A stretch of DNA of 39,755 nt from Catajapyx aquilonaris (lineage: Eukaryota), in contig JYFJ02003589.1 in the NCBI GenBank assembly GCA_000934665.2, positions 1 through 39,755 of the forward strand. Reading direction: 5' to 3'. Shown in pieces: positions 1-11,689 of the stretch (its first letter is position 1; each line of letters opens with the position of its first letter). A program made the translations under genes and the position numbers. The notes under the pieces were generated by a model. The model made no database searches. It saw nothing but the letters and a program-made list of their open reading frames with translations, and was not told where the DNA came from.

Positions 1-52
1 CTTTAAATTTTTTGTAAAAAAAAGAAAGAGGAGAGAAAGACAGAAAGATTTA

Positions 53-435
53 TGACGTCACTGCCGGAAATGACACCACTCGTGACAAAGTGACGTCTCA
101 AATATAGTCTCGCTACATTGTGACATCACTAATGATCTGTTCGCTGCATTATGACATCACTAATGATCTGTTCGCTGCATTATGACATCACTAATGCTCT
201 GGTCGCTTGGTCGTGCGTCACTAATGCTCTGGTCGCTTGGTCGTGCGTCACTAATGCTCTGGTCGCTTGGTCGTGCGTCACTAATGCTCTGGTCGCTTGG
301 TCGTGCGTCACTAACGCCCTGGTCGCTTGGTCGTGACGTCACTAACGCTCTGTTCGCTCTCTCATTACAGTGACGTCATGATGAAGCGAACAGAGCATTA
401 GTGACGTCACAATTGCTCAAATTTTAACCTGTGAC
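53..435. repeat. TGACGTCA (CRE/ATF)-rich 30-31-bp tandem array ending in an inverted copy
   Basis: Units such as GTCACTAATGCTCTGGTCGCTTGGTCGTGC repeat at 30-31-bp period over 121-360; 371-410 is a reverse-complement copy of the unit. Confidence 0.9.
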
Positions 436-1324
436 GTAATAAGTACCAATCTCGCCCATTTTGAGGCTGAGAGTGTGCAATGGGGGTAATTAACATTCAA
501 CAAGTACTCTCCCGACGCTGCATCACATATTCATCAGTTCATTTCCCTTAAATATGGCGCCATATTTAGGCCTCGAGGCAGGAAGCCAAGAAATGTCAGA
601 TCCATCCGGGTTTAATATTTATTCTTCAGCTCTTTTTTGAACGAAATTTTAGAGAAAGAAATGTGAGTCCACTGCATGTGACGTTCTCTTTTGTTGCGAT
701 ACCGGATTGTAAACAGGGTCCTCCGATTGGTTGTAGATCGATACAATCCCCCCCCCCCTTTTTTTGAAGCGAGGACAGAGTCACGCTACACACATGTCAA
801 TATGTCCGTCCCACACCTTACGTCACATTCAAAAAATGAGCAATCAATGGTTCCCCACCCATTATTTCCGTGGCTACACTCTCAACAATGGCCTCCCCAG
901 GACTGATACCAGATCTTCCTACCCCCTAAGAGCTATTAATACTCCTTTCTCATGTCCGGCTTGGTCGACACGAAGGTTTAATTGTAGGCCATCAACCGCA
1001 TGCACTAATTCCAAGTCTCCCACCCAATCCGAATAATATGGCCTACAAAAAAGGGCCTATAGAAAGAACCTTTCCCCATGGAGATATTTTCTGTTGTGGT
1101 TTCGAAAAAAAAAAAAAAAAACTCCCGCAGTGACAAATCACAAAGGACTCACGCGAGACCTCTTGTGTCAGGTGGCTTGATTAGACCAGGCGACACCAAA
1201 CACTGCGGCGAGACACTTGAAATACTCGCGAAATACCAGGTGACAATGCCACGCGAGTTGTTGGGTAATTGAAGGGCAGTTGGAGCGACCACTGGTGTCA
1301 ATTACAAGTACTGTTGTGCATTGA

Positions 1325-1441
1325 ATTTTGAGTGGCCTTCCACTTCTCAGGTCATGGGTTCGAACCCAGGACAGTTTAGATGGGTTCTCTCTGTATTTGC
1401 GTAGGTTTTCTCCAGGATTACACAAATGATGGTGATATTTG

Positions 1442-1482
<41 letters not shown>

Positions 1483-1503
1483 TATTATTATTATTATTAT
1501 TAT
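1325..1503 (+). mobile_element. Degenerate tRNA-derived SINE fragment with (ATC)n/(ATT)n tail
   Basis: Pol III B-box GGTTCGAACCC at 1357-1367, SINE-core-like GTTTTCTCCAGG near 1405, trinucleotide tail 1441-1503; no clear A-box or TSD. Confidence 0.4.
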
Positions 1504-1569
1504 ATACGAATTACGGCTACGACTACTACTACTTTATGTTGATAATAACAGTATTATTTATTAACAACA

Positions 1570-1587
1570 GTAGTAGTAGCAGTAGTC

Positions 1588-1636
<49 letters not shown>

Positions 1637-1681
1637 ACTAGTACGTAGTAGGAGTAGACTAGTACGTAGTAGTAGTAGCAG
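1570..1681. repeat. (GTA)n microsatellite
   Basis: Direct reading. Confidence 0.95.
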
Positions 1682-1918
1682 CGTTATTTCGCATTAATGG
1701 AGAATATGAAAACTTGAGTTAAAAATTAAAATTAAAATTTAGAGCCACAAATGAAGTGTAATAAAATAACAGCTATGATAAAATAAGTCTTTAATTACAA
1801 TATTATATAAAATATAAAATATCACACGTTAAATGCGAATAATAATACTGTAGTTGTGCATTAGTCTAATAGTGCAGGGAGTATTAATATTTCGAGAAAT
1901 AAGACTAATAGTAGCTAT

Positions 1919-2172
1919 TTCTACTGCCACTGCTATTAATCCTGTTACTGCAGCCACTACCGTTACTGCTACTGCTAGTGTTACTGCTACTGCTACTACT
2001 AGTGCTACTGCTACTGCTACTACTAGTGTTACTGCTACTACTAGTGTTACTGCTACTGCTAGTGTTACTGCTACTCCTACTACTAGTGTTACTGCTACTG
2101 CTAGTGTTACTGCTACTGCTAGTGTTACTGCTACTGCTACTAGTGTTACTACTACTGCTACTGCTACTACTA
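1919..2172. repeat. ACT/GCT-derived minisatellite (18-24-bp higher-order unit, e.g. ACTGCTACTGCTAGTGTT)
   Basis: Direct reading; accounts for the poly-T/A, poly-S and poly-L ORFs. Confidence 0.9.
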
Positions 2173-2819
2173 AAGTGAAATAAACTGGACACGTTGCACT
2201 CCGTTAAATAATTAACTTTTCAGTGCAAGTATTCGGCAAGTATACTAAAGTTTAACTGTCGGTTAAGAGTAAAAGTGGGTCAATCCATGTGCAACCGTGC
2301 GAAGAGAAATAATCAAGATGAAATTATTTTTGTAACCACTTTTGTAGATGAATGGCACTGGGGTGGTCAAATATTTTATGAATTATTTGGCAGCTTAAGC
2401 GTGCGGTCCCAAAAAATTCAGGGGCCTGAAATAAATTTTGGGGGGGCCTAAATTGCTGTAATCAATCGGAACTATTTTTGCTTTAAAAGAACTTCGCGTG
2501 TTCAGAAATGCACTTTTTACTTCTGGGGCTCGTGTAAACCACCCCGACAAAACCAGAAAAGAAAGCAAAAATCCGGAGGTGTTTACGACGTTTCCTACGA
2601 ACCTTACGAAAAGAGTATAAAACATTATGGCTACTTCGTCACGCCCTTCTTTGGGTTCCCGAAGAAAAAAAGAAGAGAAGCGCCCTTAGGCCGTTGCTTT
2701 ATTTTGCAAGCTGCAAACTGCTCCTCTTAGGCCCTTCCCTAGAGCTGATTTACTGCCTAGGCTTGAGTGATGCTAACCAGAGACTTTTCTCAAAAAGAAA
2801 GGAACAAACGAGAACTAAA

Positions 2820-3660
2820 TGTTACGAAACGAAACAAACGAACTAAACGAAATAAAAAAAACGAAGAGAAATAAAATTCACCAAAATAATAAATCAAATG
2901 ACACATATCGAAACCAAATTTGAACGAAACAAATTATTCACGATACATATCGATACGAAATAATAACGAAATAGTCTATACTACTTAAACAAAATAACGG
3001 AAACAAAATATTAATGAAATAAATATATCGATACGAAATATGAACGAAACATACCAAATAATAACAAGGAAAAACAAATTAACAAAGGATCATGTCGAAA
3101 CGAAAATAATATTAATAAAATATCTCCATACGATATAATATTATTAATGAAACATTTCTATACAAAATATTAACGAAACATTTCTATACAAAATATTAAC
3201 GAAACATTTCTATACAAAATATTAACGAAACATTTCTATACAAAATATTAACGAAACATTTCCATGCAAAAATAATATTAACGAAACATTTCAATACAAA
3301 ATATTAACGAAACATTTCCATGCAAAAATAATATTAACGAAACATTTCGATACAAAATATTAACGAAACATTTCGATACAAAATATTAACGAAACATTTC
3401 CATGCAAAAATAATATTAACGAAACATTTTGATACCAAATATTAACGAAACATATCGACACAAAAGAGTAACGAAACATATATCGACACAAAAGAGTAAC
3501 GAAACATATATCGACACAAAAGAGTAACGAAACATATATCGACACAAAAGAGTAACGAAACATATATCGATACACACATTAAGGAAACATCGAAACGAAA
3601 TAGTGAAATTAGTGACGAAATGACTCGAAATTAATATATGAAACGAAACGAAACGAACCA
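2820..3660. repeat. AACGAAAC-core minisatellite (26-bp and 28-bp units)
   Basis: AACGAAACATTTCTATACAAAATATT repeated over ~3150-3445; AACGAAACATATATCGACACAAAAGAGT over ~3445-3570; degenerate flanks. Confidence 0.9.
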
Positions 3661-4956
3661 TAGCCATAAAATTATAACGCTTCAAACACCCCCGTAGCGA
3701 TTTGTAACCCAATTTTATCGCAAGCGCTTCTTTTTCAATCCTGGCAGCGATTATCAGCCGGGTGCACTAGAGTTATTAGTGTTCATTACTCGTGTACTGC
3801 GGGACGTCAAAAGAGCAGGCGGGTTATTATTTAGGCAGCAGGCCAAACCCGGTGTGCGTTTGGCCGGCCAACAATCCCCCTACTTGGAAAAAAAAATGGC
3901 CGAAAACGCGTGGCGATGCGCAACTAATCGCGTTAGGCCGCATTTCATTCTAGACTGCTCCTGAACTCGATATTACACCCGTGGAATAATCCATCACTTG
4001 TATTCCATCTGGTCCGTTCCCCTCCACCATTATTCGTCTAATCACTATTAAATATGGAGGCCAATGTTGGTCCAGGGAATTTGAATTTTTATGAGAGAAT
4101 GGCAACGCCGCAATAGGTGGGCCGACCAATCAGAGTGCGACAATCATTAAACGGCGAATAAGCACACATTTCAGCTGGAGGATCACATCGGGGATTCTTA
4201 TTATCTATTAGTTATAGGTATTAGTGATTACGAATTAGCCTTAATAACAGTTTTAAGTTTTGGATAGCAGTTATTTATTACAGTGTTAATATTAGTTGTG
4301 TTTAAAACAGTATTTGGTCTTAATATTACTTTTTTGTTCAATAATATTGGTCTTAATATTTGTTATGTGTTAGTAATTAATTTTAGCATTTAATTTTGGT
4401 TAGTAATAATTTATTAGTAGTCTTAATATTAGAATTTGCGTTTACTAGTTGATCTTAATATTAGTTAGGTATTAGTTATTATCAGTAATGGCATTTAGGT
4501 TTTTGTCAGTAATCATTTATTAGCAGCCTTAATGAGTTATTTTATCTACAGTATTAGTTGGTCTTGATATTAGTCAGGTACTGTATTAATTTTTATTAGT
4601 AGTGTGCCCTGTGCCGGTATCAGAGTTAGGTATTTTATATTGGTTAATATATATTATTTATTACTAGCAAGTAAGTTTTGGTTAGTAATCAATAAGTAGC
4701 CTTAATTATATTTATTATCTAGTCGTAATTTTAATATATTAATTACTATGTATTAAATTAATTGTAATTAACTAATATTAATTTTTGATTAATAATAACT
4801 AATATCCGATATAATCCCTAGCTAAAGCACAAATTATAACATCTAACAGCCAGTAATTAGTTATCATTTACTTATTAGGTATTATATATCGGTTGTTCGT
4901 TATTTGTCCTTAATCATTAGTTATAATTATTAGATAGGCACAAATTGCTAGGCTGC

Positions 4957-5238
4957 GTAGTGTTGGAAGTTAATCGTGTCATACTTATTGTGACATTTAT
5001 GATGCGGCCTGTGCAGATCAAAGTGAGAGTGTGTGAGTCGTGCGAGTAAGAAGAGGTGGGCCTTGAGTGACGTCACCGGCTGGGGGGCAATGGAGAAAAG
5101 GCTTGTCCCCAGCCAGTGACGTCACCCAAGGGCTACCATTTCTTACTCGCACGGCTCGCACTCTATCACTTCAATTTGCACGTCTGCCGCACCAGAAAAT
5201 GTCGCTAGCAGTATGACGGAATTAATGTCCCACACTGT
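4957..5238. mobile_element. Foldback/MITE-like imperfect hairpin, arms ~135 bp
   Basis: 4957-5090 aligns with the reverse complement of 5103-5238 (e.g. GTGCGAGTAAGAA / TTCTTACTCGCAC; GTGACGTCAC in both arms). Confidence 0.8.
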
Positions 5239-5912
5239 ACCCCCTTTGCTTACAGAAATTCACAAGTGACATTTGAAATAAGTGTTTTACAGAATCGCCC
5301 TATAAATCGTATGTCGCATGGGTCCCAACCGTATTTAAAAAGTTGGGTTTTCAGGCCCCGGGGCCAAATAGGCAAAGTTGTCCCCCCTCTCCTTCAACTT
5401 TTAACTGCTTGAGAGAGCGAGAGTTTTGTACTAGGGGCCCCGCCCTCAACCTTTAAACTCTATGAAGCGCGTCACAAAACTGCAGCTAAAGTCCGGAGAC
5501 TCATTACAACACAGAAGTCCGCCCCGGGGATTCCCCGACTGCTTTTCAGTACGTGCAAAATGGCCCCCGTCTGCTGATCCTGACATTTCCAACCCACGCC
5601 CCCTTTTTTTCGAAGCATTGTTGCTGAAAACACAGCAATGCACTCTGCAAACCTAGTCGTCGAAAATGGAAGTCGGATTGAGCTCCCAGGGCACGTAACA
5701 ATGATTGGTAGACGCAGACAACGAGCGTTACATTGATTCACGTGCTTCAGTAACGCTGCAACGGAAATGACTTTGCAGATAAGCAGAGCCCCTGGCTGAA
5801 TCTAAACTCTCCTTTGAGTACTGTACACGGACTGGGGGGTTCAACCGTGTGATTACACCGGATTCATGACGTAGTATCTCATCCCTAACATAATATGGTA
5901 CACTATCGCCAC

Positions 5913-6331
5913 CATGTGGTTACTCACTTCGGAACTCCGGTGTACACCTGCAGTGGTACTCTTCGGTACTCATTGGTACTCTTTGGAACATTTCGGTACT
6001 CCTTTGGTAGTCCTTGGTAGTCTTCGGTACTCCTTGGTACTCCTTGGTACTCTTTGGTACTCATTGGTACTCTTCGGCACGCCCAAGTACTCATTGGTAC
6101 TCCCAGGTACTCCGGTGTACACCTGCAGTGGTACTCCCAGGTACTCCGGTGTACACCTGCAGTGGTACTCTCAGGTACTCCGGTGTACACCTGCAGTGGT
6201 ACTCTTCGGTACTCATTGTGGTACTCTTCGGCACTCTTCGGCGCTCTTCGGTACTCCTTATAGGTACTCCCAGGTACTCCTTGAATTTGGTACTCCGGTG
6301 TACACTTTACAGTCGAGTAGGTAACCCCTTG
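5913..6331 (+). mobile_element. hAT-like MITE with GGTACTCC minisatellite interior (copy 1)
   Basis: Ends CATGTGGTTACTCACT / AGTAGGTAACCCCTTG; 8-bp flanks ATCGCCAC (5905-5912) and ACCGCCAC (6332-6339); subterminal blocks shared with 26888-28160 and 34491-35032; 34-bp internal unit. Confidence 0.8.
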
Positions 6332-6640
6332 ACCGCCACTCTCAGGGTCGGGACAGGGTGTAACATGGACGAACAGAGGTGACAGATTCATAGACCAGAT
6401 TTACCCAATTTATGCTTCTCCAAGCCCATCTCCCAACCGAATCTACAATAAACTAGAACTCCCCAGATGAATTCAAAATCTCCTTTAGAATCCCTCAGAG
6501 AGACAGTTAAATGCGGGGCTTCCCCGCACTCATAAAGCAAAACCTCCTCCACTCTGGATGGCTGACCGTCGAACCTGCAAGACTCGCAATAAATCTTGGC
6601 CTGGAAGAAACCCTGCCGCATCCGAATTTCCCAGTTGGCC

Positions 6641-6682
6641 TGCTACCTGTGCGTGGAAGAAGCCCATTTCGACGCGTCCTGA
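6641..6682 (+). pseudogene. Possible decayed gag-type CCHC zinc knuckle
   Basis: Translates CYLCVEEAHFDAS*, i.e. C-x2-C-x4-H-x4 with TGA where the last Cys (TGY) is expected. Confidence 0.25.
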
Positions 6683-7037
6683 GAGTATGGGGAGGGCTCC
6701 ACACGACCAGGCCCAGGGACCTAGAGGTGTCCGAAATGTCCGTTGAATGTTTCAGGACACGGTTGATGAAACATACAGATTAGACTTTGATTGCGATGCG
6801 GACTCTGCCGAATATATTCAACATGAAGTAACCAGCTACTAAGTATTAGTTAATAGATACTTCGTGTTGCTAAATAATATTAGTTGCTAATATTAAGTAA
6901 TGGTTTGCTTTTAATTATATAATTAATAACAAACTGTAACATATATAATATTCGCAACGAATATAAGTCGCTGGAAACTAGTAACAATAGCGTAATATTC
7001 GTTATATTTTACCATCCCAAAGTATCTATTAACTACT

Positions 7038-7192
7038 AACACGATCACTTAATATTAGCAAATCTGACATTTTGACCTCACAAATAGCTATTAACTAATC
7101 TTAATATCATGTAACTTATGTTATTAGTTAGGCATAATAATAGCTATTTTGTGATGTCAAGATATCAGTTGCTAATATTAGGTTATCGTGTT
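7038..7192. repeat. AT-rich inverted repeat, arms ~55 bp
   Basis: AACACGAT...TAATATTAGCAA...TCACAAATAGCTATTA mirrored by TAATAGCTATTTTGTGA...TTGCTAATATTA...ATCGTGTT. Confidence 0.8.
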
Positions 7193-8072
7193 CAGATATT
7201 AACTAATAATTCTAGAACTAATATTTGACTAATATTTCACTAATATTTGACTCATATTTCACTAATAATTAACTTACATTTAACCAATATTTAAATTAGT
7301 TAATAGCTACTAATGTCAGCTGATAATATAGTGTTAGAGTTTCTTATCAGGTATAAACTAATACGTAGCTACTTTGTGATGTCTAGATATTAATTACTAA
7401 TATTAGGTTGTTTGTTATTAGTTCGTAGCTACTTTGTTATGTTAATAAAATATTACTTGCTGATATTAGGTTATTGTTTGCAGGTTACGAGCCGCGCGAA
7501 TATTTTGACGCATGGTACACAAGCATTATTAATACCCTCGACCTTGTTGCACCAAGTGCACCGAAACAGGCCTGGGTTAAATTGTTTATCTTCTGCACCC
7601 CAGCAACTCTTCCCCCTATACTACCGTGTGATCAATAATGTCGAAACAAGCCTGTAGGCTTCTGTCCATATAACTGCTGGGATAGTAGAAAAATCGAGGA
7701 AAAAAAACATTTGAAATTCTGGTATGGCAAAAAGGTCAGGGTTTTTTTTTTCTTTCTTTTTTGGACATGCTGAATATGAAAAGGCAGCGCGGCATCAACA
7801 AAAGAGCAGCAATACAATTTTGGTGCATAATGTTGTGCCAACAGATGGCGCTTGGCAGAAGACATCTGGACGGACGACCTTGACCTGGCTTTTTGATTTT
7901 TCTGATATTTGCAGGATGATGGATGGTTTTCTTTTAGAATTTTTGCAAAAGCTAATATTATGATGCTTGTTCGTTAGGCAGAGGTTTCATGCTGATCAGG
8001 CCATGATTGTTGTAAACATTTGCGCTGGCAGATGGCAGGAACGTAGCACGGCCATCTAGCGGAATTAATCCC

Positions 8073-8472
8073 TTTAAATCAAATCCAGATTTCAAATCAA
8101 TTTAAATCATATGCGGATTTTTATTATTTCGAATCACCTACAAGTTTGACTCCATTTAAATCGTAAGAGATTTTTAATCAGTTTGAATAATTTACATATT
8201 TCACATACCGATGCATTTAAATCATTCACAGATTTTAAATCCATTTAAATCAAATACAGATTTGAACGCAATTTCAATCATTCACAAATTTTAAATCAAT
8301 TTAGATCATTCACAGATTTTAAATCAATTTAGATCATATTCAGAATTCGAATCAGCTACAAAATTTGAATCGATTTACATAGTTTACATATTTTAACTTA
8401 ATTTAATTAGTTTACAGATTAAAAATAAATATAAATAATTCACAGATTTTTAAATCACTTTAAATCATATGC
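8073..8472. repeat. Degenerate ~28-bp tandem repeat (ATTTAAATCATTCACAGATTTTAAATCA)
   Basis: Recurrent TTTAAATC and TTCACAGAT cores at 14/28-bp spacing. Confidence 0.8.
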
Positions 8473-9915
8473 AGAGTTGTGAATTTTTAACCACATGTGA
8501 GGAAACCAGGATCAATTCCTGAATAGGTCGTGATTAGCCTATATTAATTAATTTGTGAAGTAACTTAAATAAAATCCATTTTAGCCTAAACCTGATTTAA
8601 AAGTTAATATTAAATGTGCCGGTAGATGTCACGATTCAAGTAGCGATATCTGACGGCCTTCATTGCTGTACAAATTAATTTTTACCAGTTTTCCATCGAA
8701 AAAACTCTTCCAAATATTGAAAAAAAATCGGCAACTATGAACACATACTTTCGTCTCAAATTATGCAAAAATATCGCAATCGCTTGCAAAAAAAATCACT
8801 GCTTCGAACGTGAGCTTGAAGAGTTTGTTTGAAACCAATTAAAAAGCGACAAGCGATTTCACGCCACGATTACAATTTTTTGGGGGGGTCGCAAATCCCA
8901 ATTAAGGATTCATACCACATATGCAAATTTTTGCGGGTTTTAGTAGGCGAAGGGGGACAGCGAGAGACCAAAAAAAAGAGAGAACCACACATATTCTAGA
9001 GTTAGTACAGCGGAAAATGAACCTTTAGTCGTGAATTGAGCATATGCTTTTTGCAAAAACCTAACCCTTTATGCGTCGCTCATTCCGCAATTTTTTTGCG
9101 ATGGGTAGGCGGGGCATACACTATTTTAAAATCCAATTAAGTACTAAAAAGAGAAGGGGTCTGCGTTAATTACCCAACTCGCAGTTACTAATCGAATTAA
9201 CCGTTATCTCATACATGTTCACAAAAGGGCTGGATAATTTCAGGACCTTTTAAAACTATGCCTATCACCACATCTATCGCACAAAAACAGGTTTAGCACT
9301 AATTGGTACTATGCAGGGCTGAAATATGACCCTTGTAATGTTTGATACAAAATGGCGGCGCCCACATATTTGCTTCTATGGTTGGATTCAAAATGGTGGT
9401 GCCTACTACGTTCTGCTTGTAATGGTTGGATCAAAAATGGATACCATTTGACGGACCGTTTAGTGTCAACACAATGCGGTATTGCATGTGCGTGTGTGTC
9501 AATACGGGCCCAGGTGTACGTATTCACTTAGCCCGCTTTTGCTGAAGGAATAGAAACACACAAAAAGAAAATAGAGCAAATCGATGAAGGCGTGTATCTC
9601 CGTGGTCTGCAGTAGAGCCAGCGGTGGAAGGTAGACCGCTCTCCGAATGTTTACGACCCTGGTTTAATGTCCTCAAAAGGCCAGTTTGTTCTCCGAGTCG
9701 CCTTTCCTAGGTCCCTTTTATGGTCCATGAAGAAGTGTTGCGGTAGGCAACGGTGGGATACCCACACTGGTACGTAGTCTTCCCAGACACGCCCCTTTTG
9801 ATATTTATTTGGATTCCGATGTGCTCTGCTATGCCGTCAATCATATCACAAACTGATGTGCTGCCATTTTGTATCCGTAAGCCCAATATTTTGAACATAC
9901 TATAGGTTTTAATAA

Positions 9916-10026
9916 GTTGTATCCAAAATGGATACAACATGTATCCAAAATGGATACCACATGTATCCAAAATGGATACAACATGTATCCAAAATGGATA
10001 CAACATGTATCCAAAATGGATACAAC
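9916..10026. repeat. 22-bp palindromic tandem repeat, about 5 units
   Basis: Unit TGTATCCA-AAA-TGGATACA-ACA; TGTATCCA and TGGATACA are reverse complements. Confidence 0.95.
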
Positions 10027-10648
10027 CGCTGCACATGACCCACCCTTCCAAGTGGGAACATTTAATTTTAAGGATATATAGCTAGAATATTTACTTATTA
10101 GAATGATAAAAAATAGATAATTAAAAATTAAAAATTTATGTTTTTATTGTTTATTGCTTTTTTAAATTTATTTTTGTGATAGGGCGGAACCCTCTTAGGG
10201 GGGAAGGGGAGGTTCCCAAGGGAGGTTGCTGTAATTTTTAGTCATTTGTGAAATACACCAGACCTTTTCTGCTGGCCCCGGGCAGAGTAGGGAGTGCAAT
10301 TCTGCCCCGGCATGTCGGGTGAATTAATTATAAGTTTAAGTTTAATTTTCATTTTAATTAATTATAAGTTTGATCGTCACCATGTAATGCTCCCATTTTG
10401 TATCTGTTCGAATAATACTGTTGAAGCATAGAAGTTGGATCAAAAATGGCGGCGGCCACTTCACATGACCTGCCTCGAGTGCACGGTGTCGATGTTGATG
10501 ATCAGCAAATTTAGCCAGAATTTCATCAACTATTATAACAACTGAAATAAATAATAAGCTATCCTTATAAATATAATGACCAAGTTTAACCGGAAGTGTA
10601 ACCGGAAGTTGCCGGATTTAAGATGGCGCTTGGCCTAAGTAATTACTA

Positions 10649-10711
<63 letters not shown>
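10649..10711. repeat. (ATT)n microsatellite
   Basis: Direct reading. Confidence 0.95.
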
Positions 10712-11481
10712 CCTGGATCAAACATGGCGGCGTTGTGTTCAAGATGCTTCATGCCCTTTGAAAGTGCTACGTACACTCCGTATGTACTGGGTCAACATCA
10801 GATAACCGCACATGCACTGTTGCATCAACATTTGCGTTACCTGTACACCCCCAACAACTAGCACTAGCACACATACATATTATACACTTCTTGACTGTAA
10901 CAACATGGCGGTCTAACCTTGTTAAGCCACGTTTCACGCGTTAACAAACTTCAAACAAACAAAAACAAAATAATAAAAAATCTGTAGTGCAGGATAGATC
11001 ATAGGACTATAGAGAGGGTTTTGGTGGATAGTTTTTTTTGAGGCTGGTCTGCTGCCCGGGCCCGCCAAATCGATCCTTTCTCTGCCTCCTCTCTATATAC
11101 ACTCTCATCTGCTTTTGCTCCTCACCTGATGCTGAGGCTTTTACAGGCCATGTAGATACGCAGTGATTTGACATGGATCCAAAATGGTTTCCTATCATAG
11201 TACTAATCGGCTATGTCTGTGCATCTGTTTGTTCTGGGTTGAAAATTAAAGAAGCCTTTTTGAATCCCAAACCCTGCAAACTTAAGGAATCCATTTTTAA
11301 TCCACATGAGGCAGTGCTTGAACCATGTTGATTTTAGCCTTAGCCATTTATTTATTTATTTATAGTTTTTGTACCTTACTTGTAGGCCTATAGTACTTCA
11401 TTCTGAGGCTTTTACAGGCCATGTAAATACGCACATATTTGACATGGATCCAAAATGGTTTCACACCCATTTAGTCGCCAT

Positions 11482-11689
11482 CAAGGTTGGTATACACGAC
11501 CTATACTCTTACCTGTACGACATATACGACCTATACCTATACGACCAATACATATACGACCTATACCTATACGACCAATACCTATACGACCTATACCTAT
11601 ACGACCAATACCTATACGACCAATACATATACGACCAATACCAATACGACCTATACCTATACGACCTATACCTATATATACCAACCTTC
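11482..11689. mobile_element. Short-TIR MITE filled with a 15-bp tandem repeat (hAT-like; MULE-like alternative)
   Basis: Perfect TIR AAGGTTGGTATA (11483-11494) / TATACCAACCTT (11677-11688); flanking duplication GTCGCCAT(C) at 11474 and 11690; interior TACGACC(T/A)ATACCTA; absent from the paralogous copy at ~11185. Confidence 0.85.

Noticed and set aside
151..373. Repetitive ORFs in three frames
   Set aside because: Translations of a 30-bp tandem repeat that happens to lack stops
1854..2192. Thr/Ala-rich mucin- or antifreeze-like ORF with a hydrophobic N-terminus
   Set aside because: Trinucleotide-derived minisatellite, open in several frames on both strands, with a TTG start and no splice or expression evidence
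5914..6391. GTP/YS-rich ORFs here and at 34365-34960
   Set aside because: Translations of the GGTACTCC arrays in MITE interiors
9916..10026. CRISPR-like palindromic repeats (also 21771-22610)
   Set aside because: No unique spacers, no cas genes, eukaryotic context
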